In this document: piece by piece, positions 12,571 through 26,599 of the stretch
Layout: each line of letters opens with the position of its first letter
Position numbering within the stretch: position 1 is the first letter of the stretch
Source of the DNA: Eledone cirrhosa
Lineage: Eukaryota
Assembly: GCA_964016885.1 (NCBI GenBank)
Contig: OZ024742.1
Coordinates: 134,106,001 to 134,170,000, forward strand
Length of the DNA: 64,000 nucleotides
Reading direction: 5' to 3'
The notes under the pieces: generated by a model
What the model was told of the DNA's origin: nothing
The model's database searches: none
What the model saw: only the letters and a program-made list of their open reading frames with translations
Translations under genes and position numbers: made by a program

Positions 12571-13430
12571 TGCTACAGGAATGCCACCCACAGATATTTG
12601 TTTCTTCATTACACATTGACCCTACCCTCGCAGGTTAAACTGGATATACAAGGAATGAACTCACAAGTAAACGGAACAAATGCAGCAAGGTGAGGGACCA
12701 AGACACACACACACACCCAACATTTCCGAGAAATACTAGATGTCAACATATACGAAACATCCACCGAGAGTAGCATTAGTGGCTTGCAAAGCCGGAAACA
12801 GGATCTACCCTGACATCTGCCTCCTGACACTAACACATGTCAGTGAAATATAAAAACGGTGATGCACCGAACCATCCACAAGGAGAGAATAGATATACAA
12901 TTAACCCTTTCAGGTACTACCCTACGAGTATACCTATCGAAAAGTGATTTTGTGTCAACATGAGTCAATGCACACTGGCAAACTCTCCTACTAATAACAC
13001 AGGTAGGTGCCAGCCGGGATACGTGATATACCGCACACAATGCGATAGTACCATATGACCTCTTCATACGCGCATTAAATACAACTCTCATCATAACCGT
13101 AACCTCCTTCAAGAAAGTAAGTCATATCTCGTGGCTATAACAACAGACGCACAATGATTGAATCAGCTTCTTATAATATTCTTATAATATTCTTATAATA
13201 TTCTGAAGAACAATTTTTGTCAAAAAATGTTAGGGCAAGTAAATATATCAGGAGACGCGTTATCATCTTCCTTGTCTTCAAATTATTTTACAAAATCTGT
13301 TGTCCCTTTTGCAATGTCGTAGGCTTCGATACACATATTAGAGCAATGAAACAAATAAACTACAAGATCCTCATAATATATATATATAGTTGGCTTAGCT
13401 GCTACTCGAACTTCGAATATGCTGTACTTT

Positions 13431-13492
<62 letters not shown>

Positions 13493-13613
13493 GAAATAGA
13501 AGCTTTCGCCGTATTTTTGACTAAAGAAAATGTAGCCTGTTAGTGTGGTTTAGAACTCTCTAAGAAATGGAAAAAGATGAGTATTGACGTACATACATAT
13601 ATATATATATATA

Positions 13614-13903
13614 CTAGCAGCTGAGCCCGGTTGCACCAGGGGTCACTTTTTATTAAGTTTATAATGTGAAAAATGTTATTGAAAGTTTATTATAAAGAAG
13701 CAGTATCAGGAAAAAAATAGAAATATGCACTTGGGGCTGGACGGCGTACAATTAGAAGTGGAGCGACGTGAAAAGCGTTGTTAATTAACAGCGAAATAGC
13801 AATGTCGATGATATGCAAGTTTGAAAATGCAGATTATGAAGGTTTGTATGATAGTTTACACTTTGATTGCCCTGGTCAGCAAGAGGGGCCTCTATATATT
13901 AGA
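13614..13903 (-). mobile_element. Non-autonomous Helitron-like element
   Basis: Minus strand starts TCTAATATATAG and ends with hairpin cctggt-gca-accggg, 8 nt, then CTAG|T. Confidence 0.55.
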
Positions 13904-13940
13904 CGTTTATTAGAAGAGGGGGGTAATACCTTCCCAGCTA

Positions 13941-13984
<44 letters not shown>

Positions 13985-14003
13985 ATATATATATGTATGT
14001 CTA

Positions 14004-14235
14004 TCTATATAAGTATGAATATCATGAATATTTTGTTTACGAATAAAATTTTGAAAACTTTTGGGTGAATGCGGAGTGCAATTTGGCGAAGTTCGGAAGA
14101 AGTAAGAATTAGATATCCCTTGTGTAATCTTTGCAGCAAAAAGTGTTTGTCACAATTGTACTGATGGTCATTATCAAGGCGATGAGAAAACTTAATTCTG
14201 TTCGTCTGAATAAACACACACACTCAGTCTCTCAT

Positions 14236-14277
<42 letters not shown>

Positions 14278-14486
14278 GGTGGTTATATAATAATCCACAT
14301 GTTTTAATTTTAGAGAAAATTATCTGAGAGATTAAAAAATGTTATCTGAAAAAATGACTTTCCGGCCGGAAACTTCAAAATTTCACGGTCGATGAGAGTC
14401 GTCTTGCAGTTGTCAGCATGATCTAAAATGTTGCATACATTGTTTTTTTATGAATTGAAACAAGGCAGCAACGTGGGAGTACTCTA

Positions 14487-14487
<1 letters not shown>
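14004..14487 (+). mobile_element. Non-autonomous Helitron-like element with internal insertion
   Basis: A|TCTATATAAG start, CTAG|T end, degenerate subterminal GC hairpin. Internal 14105-14157 recurs inverted at 14598-14650. Confidence 0.45.
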
Positions 14488-14537
<50 letters not shown>

Positions 14538-15392
14538 TAATATGCACATACATGTGTGTATGTGTGTATGTATATACGTATGTATCATGTTAGAAAAAAT
14601 TGTGACAAACACTTTTTGCTGCAAAGATTACACAAGGGATATCTAATTTTTATATGTTCATTCTATCAGTCATCCTTTCGATATTTTCCCAGAAGTACTT
14701 GTTTCCCGATGTCAACATAAGAAGAAATTGATTCCCAACACTAACCCGGGTACATGTACATACTGCTGAGATAACATGAGCTGTTTGTATATAGATCATT
14801 GCATATCTGTGAATATCTTTTACCTATTTTCTTTTTAAATAATCTCCTTGTCTTACAATATTGCCGTTTGGTATCTGTTATTTTTTTTTTCTTTTTTCTT
14901 TTTGTATTTTTTGTATAGTATATCTAATATACTTTCCTTCTTCGCAAGTAATATTCTGAAACCAAAATGACTCAGTGTTTGCGCTGTGTGCTTCCTACGA
15001 AATGAATATATTATATCGACATTCCTGTATCAACAAAAACACTAATGACTGATCATCTTTCGATGTTCGATTGGCAATTTGCTTTCTGTCGACTTACACC
15101 TATCAGTCCGATCGACTGATTGAATAAATAAACAGTTCGGATTAAGGCCAGAATTTTTTGCATTGAATTGAGTTTCTTTGCCCTTCTTCATGCTTTCTTT
15201 TGTATATTTTCTTCTTGATAAACAGGGATTGACTACAGTGTTCTGGAATGTACGACGCGGAAAACGTTGCATCTGTTGCAAATATATTTGTTAACATTCG
15301 TGATGATGAGAATGATGATCAAGATGACACCCATCATAGTCACCATCTTCATTCTCATACGTTCTTCTTCTTCTTCTTCTTCTTCTTCTTCT

Positions 15393-15570
15393 CAGGCAGC
15401 ATTGGTAGAGCGTCAGACAACATGCTTTGCATCATTGAATTATGACTCTTTACGTTTTGTGTTCACACCAGTAAAATGAAGCACATGTACGTACTGCGAT
15501 CGATTTAATCGACTTTCCCCTCCTGCCAAATTACTGGCCTTGTGCCTATACTAGAAACCATTATTATTAT
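15393..15570 (+). mobile_element. Decayed tRNA-derived SINE
   Basis: ggcagcattggtagagcgtcagac head and ctggccttgtgcctatactagaaacc(att)n tail, shared with the adjacent SINE. Confidence 0.65.
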
Positions 15571-15571
15571 T

Positions 15572-15763
15572 GGTGGATTGGCAGTATCGGTAGAGGGTCG
15601 GACGCCATGCTTTCCAGCATAGTTACCTCCCTTTACGATCTGAATTCAAATCCCGCCGAGGTTGACTTTACCTTTCATCCTTACGGGGTCGATAAAATAA
15701 AGTACCAGTAATGCACAGGGTAATTGCTGGCATTGTGCATAAAGTAGAAACAATTATTATTAT
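15572..15763 (+). mobile_element. tRNA-derived SINE (octopus-type family)
   Basis: A box tggcagtatcggtag, B box-like attcaaatcc, body cctttcatccttacggggtcgataaaataaagtaccag, (ATT)n tail. Four clear copies in the window. Confidence 0.88.
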
Positions 15764-16047
15764 TGGCAGTCAGAGTGTAAAGACGTGTTATTGTGAGCTT
15801 CGCAATGAAGTACATTTACAAAACTTTTCGTTCGAATTAATAGTTGTATTGTTTTTGAAAAAAGGTCGTAAATCTTCCGCCTGAGCCCTATGAAGAGGAG
15901 ACTTTATATTATTTGGTCATTTTGGCCAAAATATTTAAACTTTGTTTATTTTTGGCCTATTAAAAAATGGACGATTCATGACACACCCTCCCCAACATAA
16001 ATCTGTTGTCTTGTGACAGCGACTTCAAAGTTGAGAGGTGGCACACC

Positions 16048-16675
16048 ATGGCAAGCTTAATTATGGACCAACAAAAATCTAATTACAAACACAATATGAA
16101 ACAACACATTTTGCAACACCACCACAAGCCCCACAACGACAGCACCAACAGCAACAGTGAAACAAGTAACGTGAGCAACGACAACTCCAACAGCATCAAC
16201 GTTGTTAAAGAAAACAACACCAAACGCCACAGCGAAATCGACAACAACAGCTGCACTAAGAATAACACCAACTAAAACAGCCGAAACAACACAACCAACA
16301 ACAACAACACCAACAACATCCCCAACAACAACGTGACCAGCATTAGAACCAGCAAAAGCAAGACGGACAACAAGAACACTTTCGCTGCTGCTGTAGCCAC
16401 AAAGAGGCTATACTTCAAGACGGAGCTCAGTGATTAAGATAAAATGTTGGCCCAGGCCTGGAAACTCATCAAACGAAAACAAACCTGGGCCAATTTAACT
16501 GTCCCGGCTGAAGCCATAGAAGCGGAAGCTAGGAGAACAGTGCACTTTAGATGCACTTCAGTGCAGACAAACAAGCGATAGTCATTCCACAATCATTCCC
16601 CAAGCCGAAATTGAAGCCGCGCTTGGGTACCTCAGAGATGAAACTGAGTACATAGTGAGGGACAAATAATACGTC
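16048..16675 (+). pseudogene. Possible decayed LINE ORF1 N-terminus
   Basis: Asn/Thr-rich low-complexity start, then TFAAAVATK and a stop-interrupted protein-like frame. No downstream RT. Confidence 0.3.
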
Positions 16676-19175
16676 ACCATCTCAGACTTCCTTCCAGACA
16701 TGCCAACCTCTAAATCTCAAACAGGGAAGTACCATGGAAAAAAGTGCCCCAAAGAGGAGAAATGAACCAAAATGGGCAGATTTTACCTAATGACAGGTAT
16801 ACCCATTTTTACAACAGATAACGTCTCTCACCTAAACCAAAAGTGATTTGGAGATCTCCCCATCGGACAGGGAGAGTTTACAATTCTGAGATTCTATATT
16901 CCCATTTGTGTTTAGTTATTATTCTTTTATAATATTTCTTAATTAAATTATTTGTTGCTTAAATATTTATACTATTTGCTAACATATTTGCCATATTCCA
17001 TGATTATGACGACAACGGTGCAGCAATGGATCAATTTGCTCCTCAAAAACAGGCTACTTTTAATAATTTATTGGCTATTGTTGCTTGATATGTTATTAAT
17101 CTGAGCGGAGAAATGGTAGGGATTTTCTTATGCAATATTGATATACATCTTACGTCTTTGAATACATTAAAATATATATAATCTTTAATTAAAGGCTCTT
17201 TGTTATAAACTAGAAATTTTGCCATAGGGACCTCGCATAATTTCTTCAAACTGGAAATTTTCTGTATCAAATATTTATTTCTGAAATATCTAGTTCCAAT
17301 TGCCTGATCTTACACCGCTATCGCTGTGGATTATTTTGGAAAAAAACTCGTCCCGTTTAAACGTTTCTGCTTACGTATAATACGAATATGCTTTTTCTTT
17401 GTCATCTATTATCTATTCTCCTCGAAGCTATACTAACGCATCCCTTCACTCCCAGCAACATGACTCTCACATTTTATCCTCAACCAGACGTCTCCGCTTA
17501 TCAACTGGGGTGCTCACACCTTTCTCTTGAAATATTGCTGTCAATATTTGGATGACGGTGTAAATCTCTGTATTATGTCATTGCATTCCTTCTGATACCA
17601 TGTAACTGCTTAATTTTTTTTTTTCATTTTATTACCCCTGCAAAATATCTGATGATGGATTCTACAAACACCTTTCAGGTGCTGGCATTGTATATATCAT
17701 TGAGGTTGTCGCTTGATATCTTCTTTCTCAATCATAGTTATTCTCCTGATGTTGATTTTTATTTTCTTTAGTACATCTTTTATGCCACCAGATCCTAAAC
17801 CCTCTGGACATTTATATCCAACTTCTATTTCAAATAATCTGGTTTAACTTCACTCGATGATGTTTTCCGTAAAATTTATCCTATTTACTCCCAGTCACCA
17901 GAAGTGTTCCACATACGTATATACCGATATATATATGATTTAACGTTCATCAGTCAGATTCCGTGCAGGACCATCCATAGTGAGTGCTTTCTGATTCAGC
18001 AGTTTCGCAATTTAATTTGCAATTGTATCTTGGGCTTCTATTATATCAACATTCTTACTTCTAGTCTCGAGTTTCTTCTTTATATATTTTAGATTTAACT
18101 AGCTGTAGTTTCACATGTATATTTCTTTCTAAATCATTATCGACCAGTAACGAACGTTTCACAAATGATTGATTGAAGGCCTATATCTGTGTTATAAACA
18201 CATATAAATTCAGCATAGGAGCTATTTAGTGAAATAACTGAAATCGGGTAATAACCAGTGTAAGAACTAAAAATGTGCATTCGCAGGACACATTCCTACA
18301 CTTGTAGAATTACAGCTAACTACCACTCACGCACACATACTAACACTCATAACATTCAGTTTTGTTGGAAACACTCATAACATTCAGTGTTGTTGGAAAA
18401 CCACGGTCCCTCGCTCACAAACATTGTCCCGCCATCACCAACCTCTGTTCCCATTCTTTCGATTTGACCACTTACGGTTGCTCACGCCTTATTGACATTT
18501 CACTTCCTCATCGCCATATTTCTCCTGCTCAAATATATCGACTTTACCTTACGTTGAAAACTTCGCGCTGTAACCGCGGATTGTTACCACACACACACAC
18601 ACTCACACACACACACCAACATCCATACAGAAAAATTGACACACACAGACTCTTGCACCATTTCTGCACACATGCAACTACGCGCCTTACACGAACCCAC
18701 ATCACATACAGATATACCACGAATCCCCTTCTTTTAACCGCACACACACACACATGCACATCTAGACATACACCCACACATAAACACAAACACCTACGTA
18801 TTTTTACACGTTCCCATCCCATCCGCTCCCTTCCATCCACACATACACATACAGACCAACACCCATACAGGGACTTTACACAGATACATATACTCCAACG
18901 CGACACACTCAATGTTTTTTTCAAAAGTTACATTCACATTAAAATTCGCTTCATTGCAGTCTCTCATACTTACATCCAAACATAATCCCTTCAGGCGTCA
19001 TATTTTATTGCTTACCCAATCCTTTCTCTCCCCCCTCTCCACATCCACCACCCGTATACACACTACATTGCCACCTCCTTTATTTTTAATTTTTGTTTTT
19101 ATTCTGTTCACTTTATTTTTATTTTTCCCTTCTGTTCGTGTTCCACTTGATAACGTCCCTTATTACTCCCTCTCG

Positions 19176-19217
19176 GAGTTTCCGAGGAAGGAGTTATGTC
19201 CGAAACGTCGAAATCTC
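19176..19217 (+). ncRNA. Minimal hammerhead ribozyme, core mutated
   Basis: gagtttc C-GAGGA a gga gttatg tcc GAAA cg TC gaaatctc. Core U missing or changed. Confidence 0.55.
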
Positions 19218-20761
19218 CCCAACTCTTACCAAGCGTGAAACAAATACAATTATGCAAAATTGACCCCTGCGTTCGTTTGTTTGTCCTTTTGAACTATATA
19301 TGTATAGGAAAATGTTCAAGACCACAACGGCTTGAGCTCTGCCGCGGGGGTCTTGAACATGTTCATATTACCCACTCTACTACCCAAAGTATCGAGTACT
19401 CTGGTGCGTTATGGTCAACCTGGTTCCTTACCACACTTCCTTCGTTATAATATATATATAATATAACAAAATAAGATGCTAATGTTACATATATCGTTTA
19501 ATCATTATAATTATTTCCAAGGTTCTCCATGCAATCGAGATGTCCGTCATGCATTTGCTGTTGATTATGAGAACGTTATCGTCAGATGAAAATCGATATG
19601 TTTGATATGTCATTGGCAGTAAAATCACCGCCAATAGCTTGTGTAGCCAGCAGACATATGAGTTCCTTGAAGGGTTTGCTAGCCGTCGTGTTTGCTAGAA
19701 AAAGCTATCAACTAAATAAAAAACGAAAATCTCTGTGTAGTCAAAACCCAGCTCTGGGGGAGGGTGGGATATATATATTGTTGAAAACCACCAATAGACA
19801 ACAACTACAACTACAACAACAACAATAACAGCAAACCCCCGACTATATCGTCCATACTGGCCGCAGCAGTCGTAGTGATATTACTACCCTACTGACAACA
19901 ACAACGAAATCAACAGGTACAGTAAACAGTTACAACAACATCAACGAGAACAACAGCAAACACACAGACCAGCGTCGTGTACACAGGCAGTAGCAGTCGT
20001 AGTGACGGTACCACCTTGTCGACAATAACAACGATAATGCCAAAGCAATAAAAAGAGTTCTGAAGTACACAGAATTGGTGGTATCAATCACCATGATCAT
20101 ATATAGCAACAATGGCAACAGCAACACACATTAACACCACCCATCACCTACCCCGTTCGACGTAGCAGTGGCGATATCATTGATATTAGTATCAAGTCCA
20201 TTGGTAACACCAATAACAATAACAACAACAACACCAGTGGTGTCCCACTATGGTGACGGCGGCAACAGGAAAAGGTCACGCTTCCGTGAAAAACAAACTA
20301 ACCACAATAGTAGTACGGTGAAACAAGGCGGCGAAAATGGGATAGAAATATAGATGGGTATTTATATATATAAATAAAGACATGCAGAGTTAATACAGTC
20401 GTCTCTATCATTCAAAGGCACAAGGCTAGCAATAATTACAGTGCAGAAAATACGGTTAACCATAATAGCATTCAGTTTTAACTACAGTGGCAAAAACTAC
20501 TATTAAAAGGGATGTTTGACTATGGAAGAGAGTTAGGGGAAGCGAATGTAGGGGCAGAAACAAGCAGATAAGAAATCGAGAACACATATAGAGAACACAA
20601 TAAAAAAGAACGAGACAAAAATACATAAAAAAAACAATATTAGGCATATAAACAGAGAATAATGAACAAGGGACATGAAACATGTACACACAGAGACTCC
20701 AGCTGTGCAAACAAGATATCCATGGCTCGCCTGACGCTGGGGTTGTTGTGTGGCCACGCCA

Positions 20762-21412
20762 TGGCTTTGAATTTGTTTTGCGAGGTGTTTGATATGAAAT
20801 CGTGTGTCGAAATAAATATTCTTATACTTGGGGAGGGTCATATTGTTTTAATAATATTACCAGAAATAATAGCAGAACACACTCTCTGTTTGGTTGGTTT
20901 TCACTTCTGGATCTTTTATATCTCCATAGTTAATTTATTTGGCAATCAATGTTTATCATTGACTGACCAACGGTTAAAAATACACATATATAGTCCAAAG
21001 TTCTTTCTTTGCATATCTGCAACATCATCAGTGGTACTAGTATCATGTTCCCCCCCTATTGTGTTGTGGCGTAAACACTGCAATACAACACAATAGGAGG
21101 GAACATGATAATAGTACCACTGATGATGTTGCAGATGTGCAACTAAAGAACTTTGTTAGACTATATATATATATATATGTATATTTATATCTGTATTTTT
21201 GGCCGTTGGTCAGTCAATGATAAACATGGATGGCCAAATGATTCAATCATGGAGATATAAAAAATGCAGAAGTGAAAACCAACCAAACGGTGAGTGTGTT
21301 CTGTTATTATTTCTGGCAATATTAAAAACAATATGACCTTCCCCAAGTATAACAATATTTGTTTCGACACACGATTTCATATGAAAAACATCGCAGAACG
21401 AATTCATCGCCG
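20762..21412. repeat. Foldback element, ~310 bp diverged arms, hammerhead in each arm
   Basis: 20762-21069 is the reverse complement of 21085-21412 around a ~15 bp spacer. Confidence 0.9.
20991..21040 (-). ncRNA. Type I hammerhead ribozyme
   Basis: Minus: tagtacca CTGATGA tg ttgca gata tgcaa a GAAA gaac TT tggacta. The mirror copy at 21112-21163 (+) has lost GAAA. Confidence 0.65.
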
Positions 21413-21918
21413 TCATATATATATATATGAACAAATTCAGGACCCTGATGGCTGAACTCCGGCCGCTTCGACAGCTGGATCCGAACTAAGCCACTAGTAC
21501 TAGAACGAGAGTAATCTATCTAAACTTACCAAGGGGTACAATCCATATATGGGCATGTCTTCAAAGGAAAAACAGCACACAATCTAAGCAAAGATGTTCT
21601 TGTCTGTCACTTGATGTGGTTAGTGATCTGGAATGTTTTGTACATAATTTATTACCTCCACTGCAGCGGGGCTTAAACAGGCGGGAAATAAAATAGGGGG
21701 GGGGGGTGTTAAGAGGGTGAACTGACCTGGGGATGTTAAGCCAGTCAGGCGTGCACGCACGGCATTAAGAGATTTTTCATCCTATAGAACTATCTATAAT
21801 CTGTAGAAACAGTAAACTTCAATAAACAAACAAGCTAGAAAAAATATATACATATTATCGACGTGTATATTTCAAAGAGTGTCGCGTAGAGTATTTATGT
21901 TAAGTTTGACTTATTTTG

Positions 21919-21960
<42 letters not shown>

Positions 21961-22049
21961 ATATTTGGGGAGGTTCATGTTGTTGTAATATTATTGCCAG
22001 AAATAATATCTATATATGCGCACAGAGAAAGAAAAAGAGAGAGATTTAT

Positions 22050-22485
22050 ATATACATTTGTTTCCACACGATAAATATTTCATACACTTTTAATTTATTT
22101 AATAAAAGACACTTTACAACAAGTTGCTACCCCTCAAACTTCGACATTCCACTGTTTTTTTTCTACCTTCGTGTATGAATTGGGCAAACGTCAATCTCCT
22201 TTCTTTTATTTATGTGGTTTTTCTTAGGAATTAAGCTATTTTGTGCAGGAAAAATATCATAGCTATTATAATGGAAACGGATGATTTTGATGTTCAACAT
22301 AAAGTTTCACAATAATTCTTTACCGACGTCTGGGGTATTAATTCTTATAAAATAATAACAGAGATATTGTGCTTGTATTCGGACTACCTGTTTCATTTCA
22401 CTAAAATTTCACAATATTTCAAGAACAACATATAATTAGAAATCAACTGTAACTATATGCGAAAACAATCGGCCATTTCCTTGGT
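22050..22485 (+). pseudogene. Decayed CSGALNACT-like C-terminal fragment
   Basis: ICFHTINISYTFNLFN..CYP (cf. LFFCDVDIYFTSEFLN..FYP), GFS*ELSYFVQEKYHSYYNGNG/DFDV (cf. [26 protein letters not shown]), YLFHF (cf. GLFHL), in order and register. Confidence 0.5.
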
Positions 22486-23326
22486 TGTGTGTGATGGAAT
22501 GGCAATTAAATGATAAAAAAAAACGGATATCAGTCACACATAAATTCAGCTGCCGTGTGTTTAAGATGAAAGAATGGAAAAATTACGTCTGTGATACAAA
22601 AATGAAAAAAAAAGAAGCAACCACAAAAAAATATGGAAAAAAAGAGGCAATAACCTGAACACCAACAATATCAGCACGAATAAAAACAAAACAAAACAAA
22701 TTAAGCAACATTAGCGAGTGAACAACAGAATGATCTATCTGTAATCTGATTTTTCAGTTATCGTTTACGTAGTTTGTTTATTAAGAATTATCCCAAACAT
22801 TATGATGTGATTAATTTACTCAAATCAAATGATAATGCACATTCTAATTCATCAAAGAAAATATATAGCTGCGCTTATGAGTGTTACTGTTTACTTCCTT
22901 CAATATCAGTATTTTTTCGTTTTTTTCGGTGGTGGGGTATGTGAATGTGCCTGAGTGCGACATGTGGCATTGTGTGTGTGAAGACAATATATAACTGATA
23001 ACATATTCAATTTCAGCATGAAAACACCCGTTTCTCATAGTAATTAATTTTAGACGTATGAGCTATGTCAAATGATCACCGCCTATATGAATTGCATCAA
23101 CCAGTTAACTGATAAAATTATTCTATTCAAACCAAAGAGGACACAGCCGCCTGGTCGTCTGGATTTAAACGTACTTCTAAAACCAATTTATGCTTTCTTT
23201 AATCAGGGTGTGACCTTATGAGTTTCAATTTGTAATAAATTCTGTTAGAAAACTCGAGGCTGTAAAGTCTAGAATATGTTTGCACATGATTTACACATAT
23301 GTATATATATATATATATATATATTT

Positions 23327-23480
23327 AATATAGAAAAGCCTTCTACAGGACTAGAAATGTTTCATTGGAAGGAAACCATCAGGATGAGGATTTCCTTCGA
23401 GTGAAACAGTTCTAGACCTGTAAACTCCATATACTATTATGTATTAGTACCTTACTGTGGTTACCCCCGATTGAACCCGG
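23327..23480. repeat. Mini-foldback of a PLE-like 3' terminus; second copy at 25310-25470
   Basis: tacaggactagaaatgtttca...tgaaacagttctagacctgta inverted arms, followed by gtatt(g)agtaccttac..tggttac in both copies. Confidence 0.7.
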
Positions 23481-23483
23481 AAT

Positions 23484-23519
<36 letters not shown>

Positions 23520-23846
23520 ACAAGTATGTATATATATATACAGTATATATATGAGGGTTGACTGAAGGGTTCACATTGAATGATGAAATAAGTTTTATTT
23601 TTCAACATAGAAGCTATAAAGAAAGAATGCAGTTATTAAGTTGAAATTAATGCATACAGGATTTCACTCCTTCTTATACCGACTACGAACATTTCAGTCA
23701 GCGCTCGTCTATATATTTATCTATATAAACTTGTGACTCTCGGGTAAGTGAATAAATGACTGTTCACAGGAAATTCTACAAGATTTCTCCACTATATGCT
23801 TCCATATAACATTATAATAATAAGCAACCCTTCAAGGAGGGGCGAA

Positions 23847-24036
23847 GGATTGGCAGTATCGGTAGACGGTCTGACGCCATGCTTTGCAGCAATGAGTTAC
23901 GGCCCTTTATGATCTGAGTTCACATCCCGCCGAGGTAAACTTTGCCTTTCATCCTTACGGGGTCGATAAAATAAAGTACCAGTAATACACTTGTATAATT
24001 GCTGGCATTGTGCAAAAAGTAGAAATAATTATAATT
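23847..24036 (+). mobile_element. tRNA-derived SINE
   Basis: Close copy of 15572-15763. Confidence 0.88.
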
Positions 24037-25166
24037 ACAAGCAACACAGAATTATACTACTTTCAAAAGTGGTACCCCCTCCTCTCAAGGGACAGTGACT
24101 CAGCAAACAATGTTGGGTTGAAACGTGGCGAGCAAGTATTATTCTTAGTGTAGAGTTGGCAATCTTCGCTTTGTTTCTCTTTCTCTCTCTCTCTCCCTCT
24201 CTCTTCTGTATGTGTAACAAACATTTATATTTGCGGCCCACTAGCTTAATTCCTATTAATAATTTCTACTTTAGACCATGTAACTAAGGGAACCTAACAT
24301 CTAGTGAATTTGTGTGCACGGTGTCGTTTCGAACGGCGTTTTGGGGGGTAGCTGAGAGTAGTTGAGCTTAACACATCATATTTTGACAGAGACAATTTCT
24401 TATAAAGAAAGAGTCGAGCGAAAGAGAGTGGTAGAAAGATAGAGATAGATAGAGACAAAGAGAGTGAGGAGAGAGACGTAAGGAGTTTGAACTGACAGTG
24501 ATAGTAATATATATATATATATATATAGATAAATCTACCAAAAGTTTACGGTAGTGTCCAATCCGTATGAAAAACTCAATGTAATCCGGATATCATGGAA
24601 AGAAGAGATGCATTCAAAAATCACTTTTTTATTTTATATATATATATATATATATATAAAACATGAGAAGAAAGAAGAATACTGCGTGGTTGCACATGGG
24701 TTACATATTATAAAAATAGTCCTTCGTCAGTGATTTTCCAAACTTCATTGGTATTTCATCGCATTAAAAATCATATACCTCAGGTTGGTGCGACCAATAG
24801 CTAAATAAAGCTAATGGGACAAGGAAATCGCGTAAAGCGAGTGAGACAAGTAAACAACATAGAAATATGAAAGCAACGCACATATAGGAATAAACAAGCA
24901 ACATGGTTATCCGTTCAGCATAAGCTGGGTGGATTCATGAGCGATCGGTGTACAGACCGTCCGACGTGAGTGAGTGAGATGTGAGCAAGAAGATAACCCA
25001 CTACTAGCCAAACGGGAGGAAGTGAGAAGGGGAGAAACAGAGAGTGAGTGAGTGGAAGTGCGTGGAAGAGGTCAGTCGAGAGAAAGTGTAACTGATAGAG
25101 GGGGCGAAAGAAGGTGAGAGCAACAGAGAGAACGGGAAAGCAGTAAGAGAGAAACAGACAAACGCA

Positions 25167-25305
<139 letters not shown>

Positions 25306-25533
25306 TAAATGGTTTCTACAGGACGAGAACTGTTTCATTCAGGAAAGCTTTCCTGATGCTTTCCTTCGAATGAAACAGTTCTAGATGTAGGTGCCATTTC
25401 TATATTAAATATTTATACTCTGCTATGTATTGAGTACCTTACTTACTATGGTTACGCCCTTTGAATACACAAACACACACAAAGAGACACACACACACTC
25501 CGGAATGAAATAGTTCTAGTCGTGTAGAAGTCT

Positions 25534-25563
<30 letters not shown>

Positions 25564-25568
<5 letters not shown>

Positions 25569-26507
25569 ATACTCTGGGGACGTATCTTACATTGCCCATT
25601 GACTACGCTGACATACAACGGGTCCTGGAATTGATAAATATGCTGTGTCCGTCAACTCATTATTATTATCACCCAACTAGCGGACAAATGAGATTAAGTT
25701 AAACACTTTTTCACTTTTTTAATCATGTTTTTGTTTTGATATGCGCTCTATTTTCCTGCTATTAATTTTATCTCTCACTCTTTAAGTTGTGAAATAGACT
25801 GGTTTTTACGCACGCGGCTGCCACATTTCAGCTTTCTACTATATCGCTCTGTAATAGATAATCTCATTTCAAGACCGTTAAAGGTTCTTGGCACTACCAT
25901 TGTTACTATCGCTTTCCACTAGCCATGGGACTTGGAGACATGAGCCGAATGCTACCATTCTATTTTACATCGATGTGGGACTGCTATTTCTAATAACCAT
26001 CTGATAACCTCTTAATAATTTGTGTGTGAGACAGGTTGTCTGAGATTTTGGACGGGAACGAAAAGATTTGTTTTCTATTCTCCCGCTACCACGTAAAGTT
26101 TGTAAATCGGTGGCTAGTCGAGGGACAGAGTTGTATTGGATTCCAGTTGCTAATCGCTTTACCGTGTCGGTTGTCACAAACAGTCATGACCGGCATTGGC
26201 TGAGGTTTGGATTCTGTCAATCGATTGGTTATTGATTAGGCGATACTCGGTGATGGAGCAGCATAAGCCGTTTATGCATTATTGCATAATATATGGAGAC
26301 AGAGGGTGCGGTGCACCATACTGCTACAATAATTGTGGCCGAAACTCGCGTCCAGGAACTCTTATAGTCACCCGTTTTACGTGTGTTGTATTGAAGTGAA
26401 TAACTATGTGTATACTCTGGGAATGTATCTTACATTGCCCATTGAGTACGCTGAGATACAACCGGTCCTGGGGTTAATAAATATGCTGGGTCTGTCAACT
26501 CCTTATT

Positions 26508-26510
<3 letters not shown>
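25564..26510 (+). mobile_element. Non-coding element bounded by ~103 bp direct repeats (period 843 bp) with hammerhead 3' half
   Basis: tgtgtatactctggg...gtcaactc.ttatta at 25564 and 26407. gctacaa ta attgtggc c GAAA ctcgcg TC cagg at ~26323-26356. (TA)n flanks. Confidence 0.65.

Positions 26511-26599
<89 letters not shown>

Noticed and set aside
14158-14200. gta CTGATGG tcatt...gatga GAAA actt hammerhead-like string
   Set aside because: The core is altered and no stem I or III partner can be found.
15572-15660. tRNA gene
   Set aside because: A/B boxes are present but there is no cloverleaf, and it is followed by a SINE body and tail in multiple copies.
17043-18120. Minus-strand protein-like frames (possible hAT transposase or RT remnant)
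   Set aside because: No diagnostic motif series and two incompatible readings. Needs BLASTX.
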